NCBI RefSeq assembly: GCF_009914755.1
Contig: NC_060925.1
Direction: 5' to 3' (one strand)
Length of the DNA stretch: 64,000 bases
From: the human T2T-CHM13v2.0 reference genome, Homo sapiens
Below the pieces are notes generated by a model. That model was not told where the DNA came from. It saw only the letters and a program-made list of their open reading frames with translations, and made no database searches. Every line of letters begins with the position of its first letter. Positions within the stretch are counted from its first letter, which is position 1. Made by a program: the position numbers and the translations under genes. This document shows positions 22,684 to 37,457 of the stretch, one piece after another.

Positions 22684-23060
22684 TTACAAGGCACTCTTCC
22701 CTCGATTCTGTCCTCTGTGATTTTTTCCCTACTGAAGGTTAAGAAACCGAGGGTCAGAGAAGACGAGTGACTGGCCCAGGATGACGCGGCTATGAGGTTG
22801 TCAAGCAGGGATTTAAATTCCCATCTTCTGATTTCACATCCAGGCATCCTCCCTCCTACCCCCAGGCCACAGCTCTGGGGCATGTCCAGCTGCTCCTGTG
22901 ATCATCCTCAGCAGAGCATGTCTCACCCTCCGTCCTGGAGGGGTGGGGCCTGGGTCTTGTTTCTTTTCTGACTCTTCCTTGATCTCTCTGGGTCTCCATA
23001 GCCTCCCTTACTAAATGTAGGATAATATTAACACCTGCCAAAGAAGACCTTCTAAGCTTC

Positions 23061-23750
<690 letters not shown>

Positions 23751-25599
23751 CTCCCTAGGAACTCTCAGGTGAATTTCTCTGTTTTACTAGTTGCAACAAC
23801 AACAAAAACAGCCATTTGGGGAGGGCTGACTCTGCCAAACACCTTGCTAAGTGCTTTAGATTCATTGTCCCATTGAAGCCTCAGAAGAATCCCAGGAGCT
23901 TGAGACCTCATAAAGAATAAATTATTAATAAATTAGATCATACCTTCCCATTTTGCAGATGAGATTTTTTAAATGCTCAGAGAGGTTAAGAAACTTGTCC
24001 AAAGTCACAGAGTAACCGAAACAAGACTTGAACCCCAACCCTAAGTGCTCACTCACCATACCAAACTCCCTAATATATGTATCCTATAACTGAGTCTCTG
24101 GTTTGGGGGTTTACATTTACAGGGAGCCATGTCAGTCCTGGAGGGCGTCTCCACCCCCACTCCCTGACTTCCAAGCTACACTGACCAGGGCAATCCTATT
24201 CTTAGGCCCCACGAACCCCAGAGAGGCCAGCCTGTTCAGCCCGAGTCTTTGGGCCTTCTCCATGAGGTACCCTCCCCTCCCCAAGAGACCTGACTCTGGG
24301 CAGGAAATGGACCCACTGCCCCCACTCCCCTCCCCCATTTCCCATTGTCCTCCTTCCTGAGAAGCTGGTGGAATTCAGAACTTTGACCCTTCCCTGTGGC
24401 CACAGCAGTGACTCAGGCTTTATGAGGGGCAGAGATGAAAGAGACTGAAGCCCCGGGAAGCCTGACCTGACTCCAGGACTGCTGGTGGCTATGACAGTGT
24501 CAGGGACAGGGTCCAAGGGGGACTGGAAGGTGGAGGGGTTAGGTAGAGCCCTGGTCATTTTCCCAGGCCAGGGCTTCCTGAGAGCAGTACACAGCCAGAC
24601 ACCAAAGGCTCTGGATTTTAGCCTCTCACTGAGGCCCCAGCCCACTCCCCTGTCCCCATTAGGGAGCTCCCTTTTTCCTCATGCAACCCCTGCCCTCCTC
24701 GCTGGGACTCTGCCCAAATGAAGTTTGACGCCCTCGCTGAGCACCTCCTAAGCCCCTGTCCACCTGCCTTCCACTCTCCGAGCTTCCTTGTCTCTGATGG
24801 TGCTTATAGTAAGTGGCAAAGCTTGAGCTCTAACTCATTCATTCATTCATTCAATTACTCACTCATTCAGTGCTAATTGTATCAAGGGATGTGCTAGGCC
24901 TTGGCTAGACTCAACCAGAACCAGAGCCAACTTTCTCATGAAAGGTGGCATATTAAGAAGCCAGGGGCCAAGGAATTAGACATAAAAACAGGGACATTTG
25001 GAAAGCGCCATAGGCATCAGGAAAGCGACAGGAGAGCAATGTTAAAGGAGGCGGCCGATCATGAGATCAGATATTGTCGATGACCTCCTACCAATCAGAA
25101 TTTAACGTCTTTCTCAACCAGCCCAACCCCTGGACAACACCCCTGATAGCCAGTCATTCCACAAGCATGTGGTCATTGGCTTCTGCCTGCATACCTCCAG
25201 GGACAGGGAGGTCACCACTCGACAGTTCACCTGCCCCGTCCCTGAACAGTCATGAGTGCTAGAATGTCCTTCAGACTCTGCTGGAATGTGCCTGCCTATA
25301 GATGCCCCCTTTTGTCCTTGCTCTGAAGACATACCCCAATACAATGACCCAGGATGCCTCTCCTGGGCCAGCAGAAGGGGCCATTCCCAGAGCCCTTTCT
25401 TCTGCAGGGCCCCAGACCAGAAGTGGATTTGTTGGCAGCGTGACCTGTGACCTCCAAACAAGGCGTGTGGAGCTGGGAAGGGAGAGGCTGAGGAGGGGGC
25501 GGGGGGAGTGTGGGAAAGAGCCTTGTCTAACCCAACAAGTCCTGGATTCTCCCCACTTACCTGTGAGTCACCCCCAAACTAGGCCAAACCAGTCCACAG

Positions 25600-25965
25600 G
25601 CCCACATGCAGGCAAACACATGCTGTGTCACACAGACGCAGGCACAGACACACAGACAGATACCGACACAGACCCACAATCACACAGGCACAAAGATACA
25701 CCTAGAAGCCTATAAAAACATACACAACCAGGGACACACACACAAATATACACTCACCCAAGAAATACAAACACGCACAGGCACTCAGAGCCACAACAGA
25801 CACACAAATCACATACAGACAGAAACACAGGCACAGTGACACACACGTGCACACATTCACAATACACACACAGTCAATTCACAGCCCCAAGCTCTCTTCC
25901 CCTTGAAATTCACCTACCCCTGAACGTGGACACACACGCTTGGATGCACACGTATCTTACACATT
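25600..25965. repeat. Degenerate CA-rich low-complexity tract
   Basis: Direct reading. Confidence 0.8.
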
Positions 25966-27492
25966 CCCACTGGCAGTCCCAGCTATGTCTCACTTCTTCT
26001 CGACTCCCATATTTGCCAATCTTGGCCCAGAGAACCTTCTCCCAGGAAGGGGACATAGAAGGATGATGTTTCTGGAGGTCACCTGCCCCCCACTCTAAGT
26101 GAGCCCTAGCCTCCCACCTGAGTCTGTCATTATCCACCTGGGCCCAAAATACCCAGGTAGTGGCAGATAGAAACCACCTCCCCCCAGCTAACCCTACTTC
26201 TCTTTCCCGTCCCCCTCTCCAAGGTAGCCTCCTCCACCCCCCTTCCCTCTCTCTGTAGCCCTTGTCCCCCAGCCCCTGACTTCTGGGGCATCCAAGCAGG
26301 TCTCAGAGCCAGCCTGGGTCCTACATCTCCCTCTTCCTTGGCACGGAAGCAGTCACATTGACCCCTGCTTGGAGGACCCCAGCATTCCTGATTCTGCCTC
26401 TGCTACTACAATGCTGCCCAATCCACCGCCATAGGAGCCTAGAAAACCCTGGAGCCCACACAGCAACCTCACTCAACCCTCCACTCTCTGCACAGGGCCA
26501 AAGAGGTTTCTTCCAGGCAGGATGGAGCAGTGGTTAGAGCACAGGCACTGGAGTTATAGAAACCTAAGTTCAGATTCTAGCCCCTTCACTTTCTAGTTGA
26601 CTTTGAGCAAGTGACTTTCAGAGCCTCCTAGAATTAGGTGACAGGGGTTGGGATCAGTCCCTACTCATGGGATGGTTGGGAAGATTAAATAAAATTATGC
26701 TTAGAAAACAAATTGCAAATGACAGCCACCCCATCATCCTTAAGCACCCTTCAAAACCCCACCCCAGGCTCATTTCCTCTTCAGGGTCATCCCTGGGAGG
26801 TTCCATGTTCATCCCTCCTTGATGAGCTTTGGGGGACATATCCTTCCACCTCTGCGCCCCCCAGGCAGATTTAGGAGAGTCATTTCAACACAAATAAAAC
26901 TAGGCTTGGGAAACTCGACACCCACTCCTTTGGCTTCCAGCTCAGAGCCAGGTGGGGTAATTATTGCTGTCACTGAGACGTAATTAATAAGCATCCCTGC
27001 TATTTTGGCACCCCCAGTCTCTGGAGTTCAAAGTATATTCCTGTAGCCACCTCCTCCTTCCTCATTTTCAGCTACCAAATCCTCTCAACAACTCAAGGCC
27101 CAGAGAGGTTAAGCAACTCGCCTCAGGACACCCAGCACCTAGGCTGGGTGCCAATTCCCAGGCTGAGTCTGTGGCCTCCTGAACAGAACTGGGGAGTGGT
27201 GTATGCTGTGAAGAAGGCAACCCCCCTTCCTGCCCATCCTCTCCCTGACAGACTTTCCCCTTTCTCAGATGGACAGTGGGGGTGAGAAGCAGTGGGTTCC
27301 AGGAGGTAGCCTGTGGGCAAAGGGAGGGAGAGGAAGGCAGGGTTGGAGCAGGGAGGGAAGGCAGAGTCGGCTCAGGGTCCTGAATGAATGGGCCTAGAGC
27401 TGGAGAGGCCCAGGGAATAGGCAAAGTCTCAAGACAGGGCAGCCAGGCCAGTCTCCCCTCCCATCTCCACACACAGACCGACCTCTACTCAC

Positions 27493-28232
27493 AGTCTGCG
27501 TGGGGACCCAGGTGTCCAGCCAGCCTGGAGCTCCTGCTGCTGGGCCGTGCTCCCCTGATGCGATTGGGCTCTCAGCTGGGGTTCCTGAGGCGGGGCCGTC
27601 CGGCACCCTGTGATGGGGCGTGGCCCCTGGGGAGGCTCCCACCAGCCCTCAGATTCCTCAGGGCCGCAGAGGTGTGGAGCTGGTTGGGCCGGTTCTTCAC
27701 CCTCCTCCCCTGGTGCTTGCCTGTGCCCCAGCAGGGTGACAGTGATGTAGTAGCGGGTCCTCCTGGAAGAGGGACGCGTGTGTAGGGTCTGGGCAGGCTC
27801 TGGCAAGGCAGTCCCTGGGGTGGCGGGCTTGCCCTTTGTCCCCTCTGCCCTGGGGAAGGATGCAGGGTGGAGCAGCAGGGGTGCGTCTTCCAGGTTGCTG
27901 GGTGGCTCAGGCCTCAGAGGGACCTCTGAAGCTGTGGGTGGAGACTGCTGACAGGTGCAGCCTGAGGATCCCTGCTCCCCATGTCCAGGAGCAGGCCCTG
28001 GGTATTGGGGGAGCCTGGTACGAGCAGACTCTCCTGAGGCCACTTCCAGGGCCAGGCTCTCAGGCCCCAGGGAGGCATGGCTGGCCAGGTCGAAGGCGCT
28101 GCCCACCGCTGGCCTCTGTAGGCGCCCCAGGGACTGAGCAGGACCCCCCGAGATTCCTTGTTGCTTCCAAATCCAGAAATCATCATGGTCCCCTACATGG
28201 ATGTCCCATTCTGAGCAGCTCTGGCCTTGGGC
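27493..28232 (-). CDS. CRYBG2: Upstream CRYBG2 exon. Its 3' part probably corresponds to the usual non-coding first exon; the whole 740 nt is a candidate coding exon (AQGQSCSEWD...GSPRRL)
   Basis: Strong acceptor tctctgttttcacccag|GCC and donor CT|GTGAGT; stop-free (within 280-aa ORF); phase 2 joins exon 2 in frame. Confidence 0.65.
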
Positions 28233-31179
28233 CTGGGTGAAAACAGAGATAGACACTGAGAGAGGCAGGGGCATAGTGACAGCTCCCCCTGCCCTCCAGG
28301 CACCCCTGGTACCTGGTATCTTCCCTGTCACAAGGAAGCTGAACAGGGCTCTGACACCAAGGTAAGCTGCCCTAGGGAGAGGCTGCTAAGGCCACCAGAG
28401 CTGGACAAAGGGACAGAGCTCTGGGAAGGCCCTTCAGCATTTAACTCACCCCTTCCCATTCTACGTAAGAGGAAAGTGGGGCCCAAAGAAGACGGCGACA
28501 TGACTGAGATCACACAGCAAGCCAGCGAGGGCTCCCAACGCTCAGGTGCCGCACTCCCTCCCAGGTGACAAGGCACCCAGGGCCTGGCCGGCCATGCCCC
28601 CCAAAGGCTGGAGATCTCAGCTTCCTTGCAGTCCTGAGGTGCTTCCCCGCCCTGGGGCTGAGGGCTGGGTGGGAAGGCCTGCCTCAAGTGCCCATGGCCT
28701 CTGCCCATTCCAAGCTAACAGAGAGACTGCGGCCACCTCTCTTGTACCCTCCCAGCTTGAGACAGAACACCTGGGAGGATGTACCTGGGATATAAGGGAG
28801 CCAGAGAAGAGGGTTCCCCTGAAATGGGACAACACCTGACCTCTTCTGCTGTCTTCCCCTGGGGTCCAGCCTGGCTGTGGGGATAAGAGGAGAGGGCTCA
28901 GCACCCCAGACCCAGATGGACACTGCCCCCAAAACGACCCGTTTTAAAAGATGGGCTGTTTCCTTGGCAACAGAGGAGGTCAAAATTCCGCCTAGCAGGG
29001 ATCCTTGCTGCCAAATGCCTTAATTTACTCATCTATGAAACAGATGCAGCCTCTCATTCCCCAGGGGCTGACCACCTCAAGAGACAAGAGTACAGTGATG
29101 AACCTGGAGGCTTGGATCGAGGCAACCTGGGCTTGAATCTCCGCCCTGCTGCTTCCTATAATAGCTGCAGTACCGTTTGTATTTCAGTTTCCTCATGTGG
29201 AAAATGGGTGTGATAATAACAGTACCTGCCTCCTGAGAGTGTGGTACAGATGGTACAAGATAGTCCATGCAGAGGGCCCAACACATGACAAGTAGGCAAT
29301 TAAACACTGGCAATTACTCATGGTATTCAAGACCCAAGAGAGACACATGGCTGCTTGAGCCACCTCCAGAGGAGGCTGCCCTCACTCCTCCAAGGGAAGA
29401 ACACTTTTTCACTGTTCAATTCAGGGCTCAGGTCCTTACTGCAGATGAGGAAACTGGGGCAGGAGGTTAAGCCACTAGCCCAGCCTCACCCCTGAGGGGC
29501 CATGCCAGGAAGTGGGGAAGAGGGACCAAAGATGGAAGGCGGTCAGGCCAAAGAAGAGAATGGAGAGAAGCGAGGCCCCTCTGCCCCTACATCCCTCCCC
29601 AGAAGATCCCAGCTTTAGGAAGTCACATTTCCTGAAAGTCCGGGCCCCAACCATGCGGGATGTCCCATATCCATTACTTTATCTCCCACAACAGCCTTGA
29701 GAGTGGAGCATTATTGTCCCCATTTTGCAGAAGGGAACACTGAGGTTTCAAGGAGGGGAATGATCTGCCCAGGGTCACATGGTGGATCAGTGGCAGAGGG
29801 AGGACTGGAGCTCCGGTTGTCTGACTTGTTGGTCCGGGTTCTCACAACCTGCTCAGCCCTCCCAGAGCTCCTGCCCTCCCCACTCCCCTTTGGATTTTCT
29901 CCTACCTTGAGGCTGACATTGCAGGTGGTACCCTGGGCTAGGTCAGAGCAGCTCCGGCCATCCAGAGGCCTGGGAAGGAAGCACACGGGGAAGAGAATGA
30001 AGTAGCCTCCTCCTGTGCCAACACCATCACCCCCAGTCTGGACCCGGAAGTCCTCTCCCCCAACCTTTTCTCAGGGCCCACAGCCCAGCAGGATGAACTC
30101 CTAACACATTTTGGGGAAGGTCTATGTGGCAGCCTCCTCTCTGTTCCCTCTCCCAGCTGTCCACTTCACCCCCAGAGGCAAAGAAAGAGACAGGAATGGG
30201 CTTGATTGCAAAATGGGGGCTGGGCCTGTTATGGGGCTGGAATACAGAGAAAGACAGTGCCCTGATAATGCAAAAGTTGGCCGTTTGCTGAGGCCCTCCT
30301 GTGTGCCAGGCTTGGCACTAGGCATTGTACCTACATGATCTCCCCTAAGCCTCACAGTAATCCTAGAAGGTGGATATTAGTGCCCCCTGTTTCTCGGATA
30401 CAGAAAATGAGGCCCAGAGAGGTGAAATGGCTTGCTTAGACTCCACTCCAAAGGTTGGCTGGACACCACGGCATGAATAGGGGCCAGGTAGGAAAGTGCC
30501 TTGGATCCTCCTCTGCGCACTCCATACCCCCAGCAATCAGCAGGGGTCAGAGGCCCCTGCCTCGGTACCGGGTTCCCATTCCCAGGGCGGGTGAGATCGG
30601 AGAGCAAGTGTAGCATGGCCAAGAATCATCACTCCAGCCCTGCAGATTGCCTGAGCAACCCCTCCTGGCCCTCCCCACCCCTGACTCATTTGCACCTCCA
30701 AGTCCAGAGAGGGAGGGGCAGTGCCGCCTGGGCCTATAGGGCAGGTTTCTGCCAGACAGGGTAAAGGGGGAGGGCGTGTCTTCCAGGCGGGGGCGGGCAG
30801 GGCACTGGCAGGGTGTGGACACCCCAGGGCACCCAGGCTTCCAGGCATAGGGTGACTGGACCTTCCTCTCCTCTCTCTTTAGGGTGACAGAGCAGCACAA
30901 ATCCCTGCCCTCATTTTGCCCCCACCACACCCCCAGTCCCCCTGGCGCAGGCTGAAGACACCTGTGCCATGATAAGATCAGAACAAATTGCCGGGTAACT
31001 GGGCAGACACATAAACACCCATGCGTGAGAGCACACCCTATGCTCTTCACGGATGTAGGACCGGGGAGCTGTGGGGCTCTCGGATTCTCAATACTGCCTT
31101 CCCTGCCTTTTGACTTGGCCTTCCACAGGATGTTTTTCCTTCTGTTTAAAACATTTTAAAGTTTTAAAAGAGCACAAGG

Positions 31180-33259
<2,080 letters not shown>

Positions 33260-33265
33260 TGATCA

Positions 33266-33267
<2 letters not shown>

Positions 33268-33332
<65 letters not shown>
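33268..33332. repeat. Compound microsatellite (CT)n(CA)n at the edge of the CpG island
   Basis: Direct reading. Confidence 0.97.
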
Positions 33333-33335
<3 letters not shown>

Positions 33336-34390
33336 TCTAGGGCCCAGAGGCTCCCCACGCGGCCTTTCTCCATCTCTCCTCACCTCTCCCGGGATGTGGC
33401 CTCCGAGATCTCTTTCCCTCTGTGCTCCCTCCGGACCCCTAACCCAGCCAAAAGGTGGGCCAGGCAGGCCCCCGGGCCTCCGCACCGCTCGGCCATGGCG
33501 AGTGAAAGACCCGGGGCTCCGGCCGTCGGAGCACCTGACCGCCGGGGCTACCCGCATCCGCTGCATTTGCGGAGAAATGCCTCCTCCGGCCCGCCCCCCT
33601 AGCAAACAGCGGCCCCACCCGCAGCCCATGCGGGCGGTGACCCGATCCAGATGCTGCCCGTGCCCTGGGGCACTCTCCAGGACCCCCAACCTCATTGTTC
33701 TCCTCGGACCGCAGACCCCAGACGTTCGGCAAGAGCCCTTGCCCCCACCCCGGGGGCGTGGTTCTCCGCCCGGTCCGCGCTACATCTTTAAGCCCCTGGA
33801 GGCGCCAGGGCCCCCCGCAGCCCCAGGTGAGCTAGCCCGAGAGCAAGACCTGCATGAGGCCGGACAGGGAAAGTGGCCTGGGGCGAACAGAGGCGGGGAG
33901 GCGGGGCTGAGCGAGCGAGGGGGATCCCCCAGGAGCAGGAGGAGCTGGGCAAGGGGGGCGGTTGCGGGGAGGGGTGGATGGTTCGGAATGGGCGTGGTCT
34001 TGCCGAATGGGAGGGTCTAACGCGAGTGGTTGGCGTCCCGCGCGGGGCCCAAAGTGTGACACGGGTGGGCTTGGAACCGGGACCTTAGCTACTGGTGGGG
34101 CTGAAGCCCACCCTGCCATTGTTCTGCCACGGTCAGTGGGGCTTGCTCCTCCCTATGGGAAGCACTTACGGCCGGGAGCGGGAATCCCGTCACCACCGCG
34201 GTGGGGAAGCCGCACGGAAATCCACGGGGTGCGGACGGTGCCATCTCCTGGAAGTTGGCCAGAGAACCCCACTCTGTCCGCAAATCGCTCTTATTTAATA
34301 ACAACTATCATCGATTGTGATCCTAACCTGGGCCTCCTGCCTCCCAGGCAATACCCTTTTCCGCCTGGCGCGGCCTCTCTGACTCGAGTG
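33330..34390. promoter_or_regulatory. CpG island between the ZNF683 3' end and CRYBG2; candidate distal CRYBG2 promoter
   Basis: Dense CpG; GC boxes (GGCGGGG x2 at ~33892-33907). Confidence 0.8.
33384..33695 (-). CDS. CRYBG2: Candidate first coding exon of a long CRYBG2 isoform (MRLGVLES...GHIPGE) inside a CpG island
   Basis: ATG with A at -3, 104 open codons, donor GAG|GTGAGG in phase 0 matching the 28232 acceptor. Confidence 0.5.
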
Positions 34391-35096
34391 GGGATGGGGA
34401 GCACCTTGTACATTTCAGAGGATCCTCCGGGCCTACAGGGAGAAGGGCCATCAGGCCTCAGCTCCCCAGGGTCTCTGCCAGTTCTTCTCTGCCTGTAGCC
34501 CTTATCTGGCTGCAGCCTCCACGCCTTCCCTGAGCCTGGCACCCTGTTAGCCCAGAGTGTTGTGGTAACTAGACCCGGTTGACAGAGGACATCATGCTTC
34601 TGGGTCGTGAGTGGACCCTGATATCTCGAGTCTCCTTCTTCAATAGACCCACAATGAGGGGCACCCTCCCCCTCCACCTCGCAACGACCATGCAGGGAGT
34701 ACCGGCTGAGGTGCAAGTGGCCAATAGGAACGGTGAGACCCAGGCAGTGGGGGCAGCGGGACCCTCTGCACAGGTGTTGGGAACAGGACAATGTGCCCAG
34801 GCTGGACAGCACGGTCGGCACCCTGCAGCGCGCTGGAGGGCTGGACTGTCCGTCGGTGAATAGACGAGGAGAGCCTGGTCCTAGACGGGGAGTGGAACTC
34901 AAGCCTTGCTGAAGCAGATGGCTGCAGGCAAGCACCGCACACACAGGCAGCACAGGCTCTTCCTGGCTGAGTCCCCTGACCTGCTCCCGGGTGAAGTGTG
35001 AGGTCTGGCAAACACAGTGGCTTTCCCCCATTACCCCCACCCCACACCTAAACTGTTGAAGCTCAGGAAGCCTCAAAGCATGACAGAAGAAACATT

Positions 35097-35102
35097 TTTA
35101 AT
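35097..35102 (-). terminator. ATTAAA poly(A) signal overlapping the ZNF683 stop codon
   Basis: AAT TAA AAA TG followed by U/GU-rich TGTTTCTTCTGTC...CTTTG. Confidence 0.65.
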
Positions 35103-35469
35103 TGTTCTGGTCCTGCCCCATCACCAGGGGAGTCCCGGCACTGCTCAGGCTCACTGCTCTTGCTTTCCCCTGGGATGTCGAGGACACTTTGACCTCATCT
35201 ATGTCATAGCCCATGTGTTTCTCAGATGCCACCGCCATAAGATCTAGTGCCCCCTGGTGCCATTGGGCAAGGCAGGCCAGAGAGGCCAGGGGCAGCTGGG
35301 TGTGCACCAGGCCACAGGGCTGTGGGGCATGCAGCCGATGGTGCAGCTTCAGGTGGATGTGCTGGGTGAAGCGACTCCGGCAGACACTGCACTGGAAGGG
35401 CCGGGCCCCGGAGTGCAGGCGCAGGTGGGTCTTGAGGTTACTGGAGCTGCTGAAGCGCTTGTGGCACAC
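35098..35469 (-). CDS. ZNF683: ZNF683 last exon: rest of ZF3, ZF4 and C-terminus (...MGQDQNN*)
   Basis: gtcag|GTG TGC CAC; C2H2 fingers with an HSGARPF linker; TAA at 35098-35100. Confidence 0.97.
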
Positions 35470-35562
35470 CTGACGGGAACGAGCACTGGCATCAGCTTTG
35501 TCCTCTGGGCTGGCTCAGGCATTCTACTCCCTCTCCTCATCTTGGAAATACCCATGACCCAC

Positions 35563-35622
35563 CTCTCTTTCCCTCCAGGCCTGGAAGCTTTTCCAGTGAT
35601 TTCTTCCTGGAACCCACGGTAT
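35563..35622 (-). CDS. ZNF683: ZNF683 60-nt cassette exon IPWVPGRNHWKSFQAWRERE (gives the 524-aa isoform)
   Basis: gctag|ATA...GAG|GTGGGT, phase 0/0; peptide matches the long ZNF683 isoform as I recall it. Confidence 0.85.
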
Positions 35623-36472
35623 CTAGCACATTAGAACCAGGCCAACTTGGGTTAGTGTCCTTTACTCCATGTGTGACCTTGTAAAAGTAACTTCTCCTCT
35701 CTGAGCCTTCCTCTCCTCATTGGTAACATTGGTTATTAATACCTAGCTTCATAGATATGGTGGACTGAATGAGATAATCACATAGAACTCTTAAGTATGA
35801 AGCTGCAGCTTCAGTAGATTGTAATGAACATTTACAGGGGGCTGCCACATGCCTGCAGTTGGTTTCATCTAGTCTTCCCCAGGACCCTAGGGAAGCATGA
35901 CTAAGTATTAGTACAAGTCCTATATTATAGTAAGAAAGCAGAGTCTCAGAGGAGTGAAGCCACTAGCCAAAGGTCACACAGCAAGTTGAAGGCAGAGCTA
36001 GGATTTGAACACAGGTGGCCCGACTATGCAGCCCGGACTCATAATCATGGCACTGCTTTCATTTCTGCCCCTGTAAAATGGGAAAGAACCCCTGCCCTTC
36101 TGATTTCCCGAGGGATGTGGCCAGGCTCACAGAAGGAGGGAGCTGACATCAAGCTAATAGTTTTCCTACTTGGATACTCTGGGTACACTATAGCATTAAC
36201 TCCTCCAATAACTCAGGGAGGTAGATAATGGGTATACATACACTCTCCATGACCTCCAACTTCATTGTTCTCTCCCTCCTGCAGGCCTTTGGAGTGACCT
36301 TCAGTATTACCCATTCCAGGCTGAGAGGAGTCATTTTCAATTTTCACTCCCCCTTCCCATCTCCACTTGCTCAGGAGGACTGGGGAATGGAGGCTGCAGG
36401 TGCCAGCCCTCCAAGGGCCTAAAACTCCTCTCCAGCCTATAGGAGTACATAGTAGGGGGAGAAGGATCTCAC

Positions 36473-36601
36473 CGAGCACTTGTGGGGCCGCTCCCCAGTG
36501 TGCACCAGGTGGTGCTTCTGCAGGTGGGCAAGTTGAGTGAAGCTCTTCTGGCACAAGGCACACTGGAATGGACGCTCTCCACTGTGCACACGCAGGTGGA
36601 C
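36473..36601 (-). CDS. ZNF683: ZNF683 exon 5 ([14 protein letters not shown]...[10 protein letters not shown])
   Basis: ctcag|GTC...TCG|GTGAGA, 129 nt; PRDM1-like fingers. Confidence 0.97.
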
Positions 36602-36814
36602 CTGAGTCAGATGCGGGATAAATGCTGCCAACTGCCCAGCACCCCTAGCAGGGCCTGAGGTCCTCTCCAAATCTCTGCCCACTTCTCTCTCCCTCCCCGT
36701 CATCTCCCTCAGGGCCCATCATCCCCAGGATACTCTACTCTTTCTGCTGCCCTGTAGGGGAGATGGCAGTGGTCAGAAGGCCAGGGGTAAGAGGTACCCC
36801 AGGTATATTGTGGA

Positions 36815-37327
36815 ACACTGCTATTCAAAATGTGGTTCACAGACCAGCAGTGCTGGTATCACACTTTGGGAGCATGTTAGAAATGCAGGTTCTCAAGTCC
36901 GGCCCCAGACCTGCTGAATCAAAAACTCTGGGAGGGCTGGGCACACTCTCGTGGCTGTAATCCCAGCATTTTGGGAGGCCGAGGAGGGAGGATCAATGGA
37001 GCCCAGGAGTTCAATACCAGCCTGAGAAACACATTGGGACCCCGTATGCACAAAAAATTTGAAAGTTAACGAGGAGTGGTGGTGTTTACCCTTCGTCCCA
37101 GCTACCGGGGAGGATGAAGTGGGAGAATCCCTTAAGCCCAGGAGTTTGAGACCAGCGTGGGCGACAGAATGAGACTCCATATGGAAAAAAAAAAAAAAAA
37201 AAAAGATAACTCTGGGGCTGGGAGCTACTCTGGAGGCTGAGGTGGGAGGATCACAAAAACTCTAGGAATCTGCATGTTTACTAGCTCTCCAGGTGGTCTG
37301 AGGCTCATGAAAGTTTAAGAACTCCTG
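36815..37327. mobile_element. MER5A-like hAT DNA transposon relic interrupted by Alu sequence (36934-37255)
   Basis: gttagaaatgcag...cccagacctgctgaatcaaaaactctgg ... ggaatctgcatgtt...aaagtttaagaac. Confidence 0.7.
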
Positions 37328-37443
37328 CCCTGCAGGATCCAGCAGGGCTTCTCCCCATAACCACAATGTGCCTTCAACTTCAGAACTAGCCAGAGAGCGC
37401 ACAGTTTCCGCCCTTTGCTAACGCACTGAGATGCGCTCCCTGG

Positions 37444-37457
37444 GCGCCCCCTGCTGG
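37444..37457 (-). promoter_or_regulatory. Consensus CTCF site CCAGCAGGGGGCGC in ZNF683 intron 4, within a small CpG-retaining patch (37390-37500)
   Basis: Exact match to the CTCF core; local CpG preservation. Confidence 0.75.

Noticed and set aside
22878-22887. GGGCATGTCC p53/p63 half-site
   Set aside because: No adjacent second half-site; expected by chance in 64 kb
34291-35076. 261-aa minus-strand ORF just downstream of the ZNF683 stop
   Set aside because: Non-ATG start, no domain, composition typical of non-coding GC-rich sequence; separated from the ZNF683 CDS by its stop
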